Assembly (NCBI GenBank): GCA_043228905.1
Contig: JBHGNT010000008.1
Span: forward strand, 4,464,001 to 4,528,000
Origin: Azolla caroliniana
Taxonomy: Eukaryota; Plantae; Polypodiophyta
Direction: 5' to 3'
Length of the DNA: 64,000 nucleotides
The translations under genes and the position numbers were made by a program. The notes beneath the pieces were generated by a model. The model was not told where the DNA came from. It saw only the letters and a program-made list of their open reading frames with translations, and ran no database searches. Positions 35,974 to 49,681 of this stretch are shown one piece after another. Every line of letters begins with the position of its first letter. The stretch's first letter is position 1.

Positions 35974-38229
35974 TTGTCACATATGAACTTGTGGGTGTGC
36001 TGCTCAAAAGACCATGAATTAAGAACTTGTGGCTGTCTCCTCAAAGACTTTGAACATGCCAATCTATAATTGTCATATATGATCGTGACACTGGGATTCT
36101 CTACCAATATGTATCAAAACTCCTACCACATATTCCTCGTGTATACAATATTTGTAATCAGGTTACTTAGAACCCTTGTAGAGCCTATTTGGAATGATAT
36201 GACAAGTGTGTACCTCACAAATCCCCCTTTGGAATGCTAAACGCCCCATCCACCTTAAAGAAAACTCCTTAGAAGTGCAAGGTCTCATGATTTAAGTGTC
36301 ATAAGAGAGTTCATTGAAGCCAACTAACAATACTGGAACATCTCAAACCGGTTGAAATCAAAGAAGAAAAATGTATTAAGGGAAAATAGTAGAAAATTTC
36401 TACAATGTGCCTTTTAATATAGGGAATGTTGAAGATTGAGATGATCATAAAATAACTAAGCAAAATACATTGGAAGCATGGAGTGATGGAATACATGATC
36501 ATAAGAGAGTAGATATTGGAGATCCATGTTCACATATCTAAGGAAATTCTTGAGGGAAAAGCTAATATGAACAACCTACTCCACGCCCAAGTATATAGCA
36601 AAGACATTTAGGGCATTGTGTTGGTAGGAATAATGTTTTGGGAGCCTTGTATATTGACAGAGAATCTTACACATGATCTTGTATAGGTCTATTATTGTGA
36701 ATAGTGAAGCTGCCATCTCCGGTATTTTGATGAATTTCTTCATTATCTCATTATTGTTTATAGTAATTCATGCCATTCCTCGGGCCTTCGAACCACCTAT
36801 TACTTTTGTGTGTTTTGGTGTTGTGATGTTGACATTGTTTCTCTTCTTTCTTTTAGTGGTGATGTATGATCGTTAGCTCTTGAGGGATCAAATCAAACTA
36901 AAGGTTACCCTTACTCCAACAAGTGGTATGTGGTTCATCTATAACAAGCTAAGGAAAAAAAAACAATGGAAGATTGGCATAGGATGACTTGGCAATTGTG
37001 TACCCCTTGTTGGTTGTTCTCCACTACTTTGGATGAATATAGAGTCATCTCCTTCCATCGATTAAGGGAAGGATATGTGGTTGGTCACTGGCATTCACGT
37101 GATGGTTTTGGAAGGTTTTTGGTTTCCTTTCCATATAACTTGTATCTTGTAGCCAATTTGGTTTTTCTTATTTAATGGAAGGATATTCTTTTTTGGGGGG
37201 AAAAAGTGAACGTAAGTTGAGGACAGTCAAAAAGTGTCTTAGTTTGTCCACTCCAAAAGTTGTGGTAAAAAATTGTGTTGTTTGCCTGTCGTTTTGGATA
37301 TGTTGAAGATTGATGTCTTTTTCTATAGTCCACTTTTGGAAGCATTGGGTAATGCACCTCAATAAGTTTTGTGTTAACATGGGACTAGGTCTAGTGCCAA
37401 TGGGATGTTACTAAGATTATCCTAATAGAATCATATTATGTGTTGATTGGGATGTTGAGGTATTTGTGGATCCACTTGAGCTACAAGTCTTTGGAAGCAA
37501 CAACGACCACCAATTTGCTCAATATAGCCAACAAAGGTTGTTTCTTACTACTCCAATGGATGGTGTTGCTTGTCCATCTATTGATCTACCAACCCAATTG
37601 GCATCCATGTAGCCTCTAGCTCAATGACAACTTCAAATTCATAGAAGATGCTCCGATTTGCAGTGGCACTCACATACTGCATTACTCTCTTGTGCGATAG
37701 ATACTTATGAAACATTGTTTTAAAGGGTTCCTGAATTCTTCTCCATCCTTTGGTTCCTGTATGGAACAAATTTGAGTTACCGTTTTAAAACATGTGTCTG
37801 TTGAGTACGCAAGGATGGGAGGCATGGAAAGTTAGTTTAAATAACATTAAATATATTCATTGTATGTACGGATTGTCTAATGCTCAAACACATAGATATT
37901 TGATTGGTTAATTTTTCAAATGTCCTTATAAGATGTAATTCATTATTTATGGATTTAGCACATGATGAAAAGCATTTGGATGTACAAAGTTAGTTCCAAG
38001 ACATTATCAAGCAATTACACGATCATAGTTATCAAAGTTCAAAGGTATAGCAATGACAATACGGGCTTATAAATAATCAATCTCAATCATACATGATTTT
38101 TCAAGCCTTAAAACCATCTTATCCTCATTCTAATGTTGTGCAAGTTAAGCAAAGAACATATGTGCATAGTATGAGTTTTGGAACTCACATGTCTAGACTT
38201 ATCATGCAACATCTCATGTGATGCTTAAT

Positions 38230-38610
38230 AGTAGAGGCACGGAAGAATACCCACTCATTACATTAATGCAACAAGGATGCCCAGTTAGTCCATTGTTACT
38301 TTATATTGTCTCTCATCCTTTGTTAACAATATCGTATGTTGCAAAATGTAGTGATATTATGAGTTTGAATCTTCCTTCTAGAATATAAGTAGTGGCACAA
38401 GCCTTGGTCGATGATTCCATTATGTTTTTTTTCAAACCATCAAAAGAAAATCTTGAAAAGAGTATCCAAGCGTGGAATAAATATGCATTGTTTTTGCGGT
38501 TGCATATAAATTAGAGGAAGAGTTGTGTTATCTCTTGTCCTTAAACGGACTTAGAAAGTTTAGGATGACAACAATTTGTAATTAACAAAAGTTCAATAGT
38601 TAAACATTTC
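38230..38610 (+). mobile_element. Old L1 RT fragment related to the L1 at 16900-17230
   Basis: GTGGCACAAGCCTTGGTCGATGATTCC...GAAAATCTTGAAAAGAGTAT aligns by eye with GTGGCACAAGCATTGGCTGATGATTCT...GAAATCTTGAAAGGAGTAT. Confidence 0.7.
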
Positions 38611-39903
38611 AATGTTTAAACACTAAAAGTTCAATATTTAAACACTAAAAGTTCAACGGGAACGATAAGTGATCTTTAATCAAATTTAAACTTTATTTAG
38701 TCTAGAATTTTTTTACTCTGCTATATAGAGGCATCAACAATTTTTCCTATGAAGATGCCATAGGAATATGATGCGTATGAAAAAAAGAAGAATATTAATT
38801 GATTGTTTTTACACTTAAAATGTGAATTAGGTATATGAGATCATTCATAAATGCAATATAGAAAGTGAATAAGGATTTGGTTGGATCAATTGAAACATGT
38901 AAAACAATATTAACATTTTAATTCCTATATATGAAGAGAAATATAATATGGATGTTTTAACTAAGATAAGTATTTACTTGTCCAAATCAAAGTGTGTCAA
39001 CAAATTATATAATTGTGCAACAACGTAGCTCGCATTTAGCCGAAGACATAAACTTCGTCACTACCATAAAATTAATCTTTTGTACATAACTTTCATGTTA
39101 TTTTCTAGCTAATGTCTTTATATAACTTTACTTTTCATGTAAAAAAAATGTTTTTATTTCTTAATGATAATCATTTGAAGAAAGAGTAGTTACTATGTCC
39201 ATCAATAATAATCAACAATCCACTTACACTATACTTTAGTGTGATGAACTTTTTTAAAGAGCTTTGGACAACACAATTTGATTATTGGAGTTTTGGGCCT
39301 TCAAAAGTTCTAGAAAGACAAGTTCGGGAATCATCCACAATATCATCCTTTTCGTTAGGAAAGGTAGAGCTAACTAGTAGATATAATAGTAAAAACCTAA
39401 GTCTAGATTGAAAAGATGTATTATTTAGATATTAAAAAGCTTTTACTGCTACCTTACGTGTACATATATTATTGATGTTGGTAAAAGAAACCCTTGAAGA
39501 ACCCAAGAAAAAAAATATTACTTGGAAATAAAATTCAATTTATTGGCTTCGATGTATTGTGTTAAGAGAATGTTATTGTAAAAAACATATCATTAGCTCC
39601 ATGTTCAATCTTGAGTATTTTATGTACTAGTGAAACCTTTGTTCATATTCAAAGTTGGTCAGTATATGATCTCAATTAATTTGGGAATGCGCAAAATATT
39701 GCCAAATTGAGTGTTTGAACATCAAGTTAATCATAAGTGTGTGGAAGCCATCATCATGACATTCTCTTACATGACCACTAGACTAGTTATATATGATTAA
39801 AACGTATGATGATAATATTATGGTAAATGGTCCTTCGCATTCATAGTTTGTTTTGTTTTTGTGCCTAAAGAATCCTAGAGAATATACAAGAAGCACTTAC
39901 AAA

Positions 39904-40290
39904 CAACAATTAGCAACGGTTCGGTCCGGTTTGAGAGGGTCCAAACCGAACCATGAAACCATTAAACCAAACCATTAAAAAAATTCAAACTGTTAAGCCA
40001 TTAAACCGGCAAAGCCGCGGTTTTGTGGTTTGGTTTCGGTTTTCAACTTGGGTCAAATTTTAAATTTTAAAAATTTTCAGAAAATGTGAGAATAAGGCAT
40101 GAAAATGAAAAGATTATTTAAAAGCAATTTTTTAAAATTTTTTTAGATTTTTTTTAAATTTTAAAAAGAAAACCTATTAAACTGTTTAAACCACGGTTTT
40201 TAACAGTTGAAACTGATCCTAACCATTTAAACCGTTAAGTTGCGGTTTCACGGTTCGGTTCGGTTCAAACCGAACCATTGCCGATTGTTG
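39904..40290. mobile_element. hAT-type MITE (387 bp)
   Basis: TIR CAACAATTAGCAACGGTTCGGT / ACCGAACCATTGCCGATTGTTG. 8-bp TSD CTTACAAA at 39896-39903 and 40291-40298. AAACC/GGTTT motifs. Confidence 0.9.
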
Positions 40291-41049
40291 CTTACAAAAT
40301 CAAGTAAAGGCATGATTCCTCAAAATTCCTCTTACCACATTTAGTATCCAATCCAAAGCCATTAACCATGTAATAGAGGCACAAATAAAGTGTTAGTTGT
40401 GGCATATCCTTTAATGATGGTGAGGATCTTAGCCTAGTAGAATGTGGAACAAATGTATATGTAGAAATTGTTGGGAGCGTTATCATCTAATGCGGAACAC
40501 GATCAACAATCCTCAAGTGGAAGATCTTGAGTAGATACAAGATCACAATGGATTGATGGCAACAAGTCAGAAAAATAGAAATGCAACTGGTGCGTTAGAG
40601 GGAGAGAAATAGCTAGGCACAGGTCGGAATATATTGCAATTGCCACAAGGAACAACCAACGTATAACTAGGTTACAGAGTCAGTTTATATACTAACTAAC
40701 TTAGGGCAACTGCCCTTCTCACTATTTACTTAAGTAGCCTAAGCCTAGTGTGTACAAAGGAGACTGTGTGGATACATCCATTAGAAGCCCGTATTCAACA
40801 GAAACCTTGAGGGGACATGTGCATTCTTGTTGTAATCACTAGCACATGAGGTATTGGTCTTTATTTTGTTAGAGAGAGAGAGAAAGAGAAAGAAAGAGAA
40901 TGTGTGTGTTAAGCATCCATAAAGAGGCAAATATTGACTCATGGGACCTTGAGGATGCAAGTTTCCTTGATGTGCATATCCTTCCTACAAAGGGATATCT
41001 ACAGATCAAAGCACACAATCTCTATGTGTGAATAAGGCATCACCATACA

Positions 41050-42826
41050 TTTGGTCTGGTAAGGAAGATCATGCAGCTCGGGCCAAGGTGGCGTGGCCTA
41101 TACTCACATCACCTAAGTCAAGAGGAGGATTGGGTCTTATTGATCCCCTCTCACAATCAAAAGCCCTACTCGCCAAATTTGTGGTGCGAGGACTCCAACC
41201 AGGGAATGGCTGCTGGAAAATGCTATTGCGGTTACGCTTTGCTTACTTTAGGCCACGAAAAGGGACCAATTAGGCCCCCCAAACTGGATGGATTCTAAAC
41301 ATGGATCTCAAAACTAGTTTCTCCCGCCAACTAGAGGATAAATTTAGTGCATCCATGTGGAAGTCGTGGTGTGACATTAGATGAGGACTCAAGTGCGATC
41401 AACCCAATTCCGAACCTGCCTGGCTCAGTAAACATATCCTTTGGAACCCATGTATTAGGGATGAATCTAATCAACTAATTGGATCAAGCAAGGGGTTGTC
41501 ATGGAGATACATGTTGGAAGGTCCAGGAAAAAGTATAGAATGTTGGAGATGGTTTATGTCATTGCCAATACAAGACCAAGCCAATATCCTCCATGGAATC
41601 AGGGGTGGATGGGCTATGAGATCTGAAATCATTAACGCTCTACTGATTAGGGAAGATGCTCATCAAAGGACGACAACGGAGAAATGGATAGGTTACAAGG
41701 AGGAGGGCTCTTTGCTCCCAAGAGGTAGGGACACATCGAACAGGATTGAAGGCTCTAAACTGCGGACAACGAGACATCAACACAACATAAGGAGTTTCGA
41801 GTACTAGCATATACTGGGCATAAATGGATTGTAGATCCTGATCCAGTCAAAGTACAACCAGATTGGCACATATGTACTCATGAAAACACATGGCTACGTA
41901 AGGTCAATTGGGACCCTTTGCAATGGACATGGTGTGATCCTTACGCGGGTCAAGGAAGCAAACCCATCCCTTTCTTTCAATTCACAACTAGATTGGATCG
42001 TCATATTATAGGCGCTCAATTTGCCCGAGATCTGGTTGCTGCAAAGGTCTGGAAAACATATCATGTTCCTTACACAATTATCACCAAGTTTTGGCAGAAA
42101 CTCTAGAAACAACAACACGCGAGGCGAATCACCACTTTCCAATGGCTATTAATACATAGGTCACTACCGGTTGGTGCATGGCAACGTGGGATCCTCAACT
42201 CTCCTAATTGTGTAGCGTGTCCAACTGTAGTAGAATCAATACGACACGCTCTATGGGACTGCCTAGAGTCCCATCGAATATGGTGGGGGGTTGGCCGCTT
42301 ATTTCAATTATGCCAGGTGCAAGGCTTAAAAGTGGGGGAATGTATGTTGGCTATCATGGCAGGTCCTAGTTGACAGATATGAGCATCAGGAAGAGGGGAT
42401 GACTTTGGTTATAAAAGCACAAGAGGTTTTTTTCTCCACCATCGGTAATATCCACTCAACTCCTATTAGTGCCAAATCTCAAGTTGTGTTAGACTTGGTC
42501 AACCCAATAACTCTTTGGATTTTATGGAAACAACGGTGTAGATGGGTCTTCTCCAACCAAAGCGTGCAACCAATAATGTTAATGCAAGAGATATAGAGTG
42601 AAGTTGTAGCCACTCTAAAGAGCCAATATGATGGCCTCAAGGGCGACTTCGATAGAGTTGAAAGACAACAACTAGCCTTTATCTAACAATGGTCATCCTC
42701 TCCCTTTCTTGAGGTAGTGGGCATCCACATAGAATGGACCTATCGTGTCCCTATAGGGATTTGTATATAATAATCTCATTGTAAAATCTTTATAACTAAT
42801 GGAAGGAGTTTTTTTTGGAAAACAAA
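41050..42826 (+). mobile_element. 5'-truncated L1 LINE with 16-bp TSD
   Basis: IWSGKED...AKVAWPIL..PKSRGGLGLID, zf-RVT CVACPTVVESIRHALWDC, LWILWKQR, A-rich tail. TSD AAGGCATCACCATACA at 41034-41049 and 42827-42842. Confidence 0.9.
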
Positions 42827-43013
42827 AAGGCATCACCATACACATCTAAGCACAACCTTTCTTGAGGTAGTGGGCATCCACATAGAATGGACCTATCGTG
42901 TCCCTATAGGGATTTGTATATAATAATCTCATCTGTAAAATCTTTATAGCTAATGGAAGGAGTTTTTTTTGGAAAAAAAAAAGGCATCACCATACACATC
43001 TAAGCACAACCTT
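42703..43013 (+). repeat. 153-bp tandem duplication spanning the L1 3' end, TSD and flank
   Basis: Units start at 42703 and 42856; CCTT at the junctions. Confidence 0.92.
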
Positions 43014-43279
43014 CTCGGTTGTGTCTTAAGTATGACGCTAAAGCTATCACCCCTCTTAATATGTCACCATAACTTTCATGAATTTTAGTATATTTTAAGC
43101 ATGTAAAAAAGCAAGTGAATTTTATCCTTGGCTAGGCCTTCCTCACATCACATACCTTACATGCCTTTATATTTGACATGTTTTAAGGCCATAATGCAAT
43201 GTCAATACCTACCTTGTATGATCGAATGTGAAACAGGATAGGGCTCTTACATATTTCCATTAACCTTCCTCAATAATTA

Positions 43280-43560
43280 CATATTACATAGCATCTCTTG
43301 AATTCTCTAAGAGATCTTCCACGCCTCATTTCTTTATGTTTAACAACCCAACCGTATGTGATAAGTTTGCTTTGTGATTCCTTTGTGGCTTAAATCCAAC
43401 ACTCCAAGGAAAAGTGGAAATGTATGATTTGGCATATTCTTAACTTTTGTCTAACTCTGAGCAAGACATGGTAGATATCACATTCTTGTATCTATGATTA
43501 AAGGGAACCTCATGCCCAAGATATTTGAATCTGTCAACAGTTTCCTTGATTCAAAGAGCC
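43280..43560 (-). mobile_element. Degenerate RTE/RTEX-like LINE fragment
   Basis: Minus strand TTCAAATATCTTGG (FKYLG) and CAAAAGTTAAGAATATG resemble 7180-7560. Confidence 0.4.
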
Positions 43561-46438
43561 AACAACTCATCATGGTCATTGCAGTGAGTGGCTATTCGCA
43601 ATAATCATTCCCTTATATCAATACATGTGATGGAATGTTCCTCATCCTTGTTGAAACAATATGGTTGTCTTTGGCTAGACATTTGCACATCCAATTTTGA
43701 TAGGCTAGGTCATGCTTGTATGTTATGAGGGTGATTCCTTGTTTCTGGTGGTGTCATAGAGGACTAATCTTATTGGCGACACAAGGTTCCTTATTCCGAA
43801 ACAGATAGATCAAGAAAAGAGAGCTCTAAAAAGATACTGGATACTCGCTACTCTTGTCTGAGAGAGATTTTGTTCTTCTCACGAAAATTGTTGAAAAGAT
43901 TATGCCAATCAAGCCATGTATGAGATGGTTGTGATAATCTGCTGCAAATCAAAGGATGTTACTTTGATACATTGATGTGGCATGTATTCTAGGAGAAATA
44001 ATAGAAGCTAGAGAGCCAACTTTTACTTGACATAATTTCACGAAACACCGGCATAGCAATTGATCTTAAGACAAAGTGGTAATGATGTTGTGATAATACT
44101 TTACGCCATTAATGATGAGCCTTTAGAAGCACCAAGTTTGTTGATGAGTTTTCTATGATATCTTATGCTTATAATTAAATCCTTGAGTGTTTTAGAACCT
44201 TATAATGATATTTCAAGAAAGTGACAAAGCGTTAAAGTTCTAAAATTTTGAGGATTTAAACCTTGAATGATTTGAATTTGAACAACTTACTCAAAGTTCT
44301 TGCCCTCAAATGAAACTCATAAGCTAGTTATGAATCCCTTCAACAAACAAAATGTATTTTGAGTAGGAATTTAACTTGAAATGGCACAAAATATGCAGGC
44401 GTTGGTTCAACAATAAAGAAAACCCTTAATGAAGTGAATCCCTTGTACAAATCAACTCTTGAATGTATTAAATTAAATAAATGTATCTAATTAAGAAAAC
44501 TTTCCATTGCATCAACATAAATATATGTACATATACGAGGCACCAAATTACCAAAGTTAAAACTAGATAAGATTTAAAATTGTATTCCCTCGGGGTCTTG
44601 AGAATTAGTTCATTTGCAACAATTCTCGCTTCCCAATTGGTAACCCCACCAACTCTTCTTTGTCTTGAACTCTATTTCTTAAATACTCTTTTGAAGTGAC
44701 ACTTCAAAGATGTTTCCAAACGGAAATTTCTTCATAGAATCCTTAGGAAAGTGACCTCTTATTGAATGGTTATATCCATAGTTCCCAATAGAATGGCTAC
44801 ATGATACATCCATAGTTCTTTATATCCATGTTCGCGATACTTTAGATTATGTATTCCTTATTGTGACATTTTCTTTATGGTCCCTCTATGATTGCCAAAG
44901 GTATAGATTGACACCGTTAAAGTTGCATTGAACAAGTTTTACCTTCACACGACCCCATAGAACAAGGCTTACAAGTTACCGCCACACTATCATTTTTTCA
45001 TATTTGAAATTTTTAATAAGTGCTAATAAACATTTAAACTATAACATATAAAGAAACACTTTCACATCATTTGTTGATGCGTAATATCTTTGTCTTCTGG
45101 TCATGTTGAAAGCAACCTTATTCTGAGCTAAGGTTTGGATTGTGGTGTCCTCACTCCATGTTTCTAACCTCGATTCTCTAGACGTCCAAGTCTTTCCTGT
45201 GAACGTTTATCGTTGTTCTAGTAGCCTTGTTCCTCCACATCTCTTCCATGTCATTCTACATTTCCACACTATTCGAATATTCAATCCTTGGCATTGTGCT
45301 TAGCATTTTGGATGCATGTTCCTCATCATCCCTACTTTGTTACAAGCCCTAAATCATGTCAAACAACTAAGAGCTAGATTTTTCGGTTTGAAAATTTTAG
45401 CAAAACAAGTTACTACCCCAGATGTGAACTCATCGAGAAACTATTTGTGCTTTCTTGGATGATGAGTTCATGTGCACTCATGTGTGCCAAGGTGCACGAC
45501 AAAACCATTTACAAAAGTCATTCATGTGCGTGCATGCATTTGGGTTCATAAAAATGTACATGAACTTATAAGAGGCACTAAAGATATGAACTATTTAGCC
45601 CCATTCCTAATGATTATATGAGAGAGAACATGTACATGAATGATTGGCTACTAGAGGATTATGCGAATGAGTGATTGTGTAAGAGACTAGATGGCAAATG
45701 AATGATTTTGTGAGAGATTAGATTGAATGATTCACAGGATCGTGTGAGATTATGTAAATGTAAATGATTCAAAGGGACCTTGGATTAAGTGAATGAATGA
45801 TTCTTCCAAATTTGTGAATGAGTGATTTGTGAGGCCATATCAATGACTAATCATGTGAATAAGATTGTGTTTATCACTAGGGTGGAAGGTGATGAACTAG
45901 AGAAGGCAAAAGTACAATTTGCACTTCTCTAACACTTCTACGACATGACATGAAATGTATCACAATTTCAAAGCTTCTCCCAATCAATAGTAATGAAAAA
46001 GCATACTCTTTTTTGTTACAATCACATATTATGAAACTCCGTTGTAAGTTGTAACATGTCCAATTTAGACTTTATTCAAATGTAAAAATAAATAACCTCT
46101 TTCTTTCATCTTCATAATAACTAAACTTTCAAGGATATTATCAAGATTTTGTTGTACAAGGATCAAATGTCAAGGGACTGCTAAAGCTATGTGACTAAAA
46201 CTTCTATTCACGATAGTGTCATCTTTGGGCAAACCCTCAAAATCTATGAGAAGGAATAATAAGAATCACTATGTTTGAATGTTGTTGGTTATGTTAAATC
46301 TAGGCCATGGTACCAAATTGTTAATTTATGGTTGCTATACATTTGCAAAGGAAGGTATATGATGAAGGGCATACAATGACAAGCAAGATGTCATCAAGAG
46401 AGAATGGCATATTGAATGATTTTAACCTAAAAAATGAA

Positions 46439-48195
46439 TTATACTTCCAAGTCCGGAGCTGCTGGAGAAACTATAACACTCATTGCTTGGGATGTCTCAT
46501 CAATCACAGACTCGGCATCAACATCGGTATCCAAAGCTCCAAAAGCTTGTGTGGCTATATCTATGGCTACATTTGGACATTCACTTGATGCTAGATCATT
46601 GCCATGGCCTTTTTTGGCACATACCATGGCCTCTTCTAGAACTACGACAATTTCAGTCATAGTGGGTCTTTCCTTGAACTCCAACTTCACACATTTTACC
46701 GCGAGTTGTGCAATCATGTCCAAAGCTCTAAATTCAAGGGGAGTAGGGGGGTTAGGCCTTTGGTCCAGCAAAGTGGCTAGCCCATTGTTAAGTATGGTGG
46801 GTAGTGTGAAATCGACGATATTGATTGGCCCATGGCTCTGTTTGTGGATGGCTCTCTCACCTGTGAGAAGCTCCAAGAGGACAACTCCGAAGCTATAGAC
46901 ATCACTCTTGATAGTCAAGTGTTGGCACCGGAAGTACTCGGGATCCATATAACCTAATGTTCCGGCAGCCATAAGAGACAAATGAGAACTCTCTATAGGT
47001 CCATGCGTGGATAGACCGAAGTCCGAGACACGTGCATTCCATTGGGCATCTAGCAATATGTTGGAGCTTTTAATGTCTCTATGAATGATAGGTGGGAAGA
47101 CATAGCTATGTAGATACTCCACCCCTTTGGCAGCTTCTAAGGCTATTTTAATCCTCATTAACCATGGTAAAAGCCCACCTCCTTTAACTCTCCCTCTCCC
47201 ATGTAGATGATCATGTAGAGTCCCATTAGGCATATAATCATAGACCAACATTCTCTCATCTTCTTCATCACAATAACCCACCAAGCTTACCAAGTGCTTG
47301 TGGTGAAGCCTAGACAAGAACTCTAGCTCAGATTGGAATGCACTCTCCTTCTCCTTCAATTTCTTGTCATTGAAGATGGTCTCTTTCTCACCCCTCTTGA
47401 TGGCAACAACCCTTCCATCCATGAGTACACCCCGATAAACTATACCGAAGCTTCCTGCGCCGATCCGTTTCTCTTCCGAGAACGCATTTGTCGCCACCTC
47501 AAGATCCGTGATCCCGAATGCTTGCGCTCCGCCTTCTCGTTGTTGCCGTCGGATCACCGAGCTCCTTTGCCGGCATATCGGCTTAGCGACGGTCGAGATC
47601 GAACCTCGGACCTGCCTTTCGGACCCGAGATACTCGATACAGAGGTGTCTGAATCTCATCCACGCGCACCAAGCAAGAGCTAGAAAGCCGGAAAGCAATC
47701 CCGAAGAGCTCAATACAATGAGAGAAATGTGGCCTTTGCTAGGCCTAGTGATGCTTTTGGTTGGCATTAACTGATCTCCAATGGATGGAGAGGGTGCAAT
47801 AGATGGAGTAAGTTGAGTAGATGTAGGGGTATCCAATATTGGGCTGCAAGTAAGGTCATTCTCGCCTTCACATTGGGTTGTTTGAATAGAAAGACCTTGG
47901 CATCCGATCCGGCATTTTGTGCACACATGATAAGAAACCCGAGAACAAAAGGATCTCATTCTAGAGCTCGATTTGAAGCTTCCATTAGCACAAGGTGTGG
48001 CAATGCAAGGGCTTGGAAGGCTAGCATTCATGGGCAAAATGACCACATCTCCCTTATTGTGATTGAGGTGCCCGAATTGTGGCCCGCCCCAGCAAACAAC
48101 CGAGAAGTTGTCGAACAAGACACCACATGTGAAAGCATCCCCGGCAACAATGGTCGAGAAGGCGAGGTCCGAAGAAGGAGAAATGGGTCTAGCAC

Positions 48196-48226
<31 letters not shown>

Positions 48227-48867
48227 TCTAAATCCACCTTCTGTAATGCCATCATATTTCATAGTGCCATCTCTTTTCGCGCCATGACCCCAGCATGCCA
48301 CATTCCGAAGAAAAGCTTCGATACCGCAGCTATGGCGATCCCCGAGCGCGAGAGACAAGAACTGCTTCCCTGAAGGGACACCCAATTGATTGTATGTGTC
48401 ATCCCCCCAGCATTGCACATTGAATGTGAGTGTGATTCCACAAGCATGAGAAGAACCTGCTTGAATGGATTGAAAGGTTGCATTAGGCACTTGGAAGGCC
48501 ACTTTAGGGTTACCCCAACACTCCACCCTTCTGTCATAGGCCCTCAACCCACACACAAAATCACTTCCTGAAGCAAGGAACAAGAACCTCTCCTCTGATG
48601 GTGCCCCTCTCTGTATGGCCTCATCCCTCCAACATGTCACTAGGCCATCTGTTGATAGACCACATATGTGTGATGAGCCCACAACTATATCCATGAAAGC
48701 TTCATCCCTTAGCCTCCTTGGGTTGAGCTCTTCACCTAATGTGGTGTTATCCCAACACAAGGGCCTGCCAGAGACCTGCTGAAGACCACATACAACAAAA
48801 CCTTTTCCACCTGAAATGCCCATGAATGGAAGAGATCCAAATGCTTCACTATATGGTGTCAATGCAT

Positions 48868-48902
<35 letters not shown>

Positions 48903-49093
48903 ATGTCATATGAATTCCAACATTGTATTCTCTGTATAGAACCTTGGATTATCACACATACAAAAGCTCCTCCATTCCCATCATAGCTTGTGGCTATGGT
49001 CGCCATGGATCCCAACCCACTTGCTACATTGAGGGCACAGGCAAAGTAAATGCATATCCAGAAGAGAAACCTAATGTGGGGAGTTAATTCCAT
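46439..49093 (-). CDS. CRINKLY4-related receptor-like kinase (CCR3/CCR4-like kinase, crinkly repeats, TNFR-like Cys region)
   Basis: Signal peptide after MELTPHIRF (the ORF track extends to a TTG at 49201). Seven crinkly/RCC1-like repeats (CG...V.CWG), Cys-rich segment, TM, GAGSFG, VAIKR, HRDIKSSN, SDFG, GTLGYMDPEY. No intron needed. Confidence 0.93.
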
Positions 49094-49261
49094 GAGCAAA
49101 ACAGAGGAATAGTGAAGATGGGTGGGGTGAAGCAAGGGGAGGGCATAGCTAAGGCTACCTATCTCCTTGAAGAGATTAGGCTTTTGGGATGAGCCCAACA
49201 AAAGCTATTGTGGTGTGTGTTAATTCCATGGGCAAAAAGGATTACTCAAGGTTGAGGAGTG

Positions 49262-49435
49262 GGTAGGGGGAGCAGGGGAACTAGGGGGGAAACAGAGCAA
49301 AAACAGGGGAAAAACAGAGCAAAATATGAAGGAAAAACAGAGGAATTATGTATATAAAGGAAAAACAGAGGAAATATTGAAGGTTAAAAACAAAAACAAA
49401 AAAAAAACACAGACAAGACAGAGAGAGAGAGAGAA
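49262..49435 (-). repeat. Pyrimidine-rich leader/promoter of the CCR gene with repeated CTCTGTTTTT motif
   Basis: AAAACAGAG/AAAACAGGG about 5 times on the plus strand, followed by (GA)n. Confidence 0.5.
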
Positions 49436-49646
49436 AGATTGTGAATCACATTAGAAGAAGAATTGTAATTGGAATGAGATAAAAAAACAAAACAAAACAA
49501 CACAAATTGTGATCTTAAATTTGAATTCCATTGTTTTCTTTTTTCCTCTATTATTATTATTTTTTTGTTTTTTTATTCTCTTTAAATGTTTTGAAAATTA
49601 GAGATTTCCTTGGGCTTTGATTTTGCATGTGATTAAGGACTTCTTA

Positions 49647-49681
<35 letters not shown>

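Noticed and set aside
37560-37620. Tiny Copia RNase H-like peptide (RGYMDANWVG) on the minus strand
   Set aside because: Too short to support a feature by eye.
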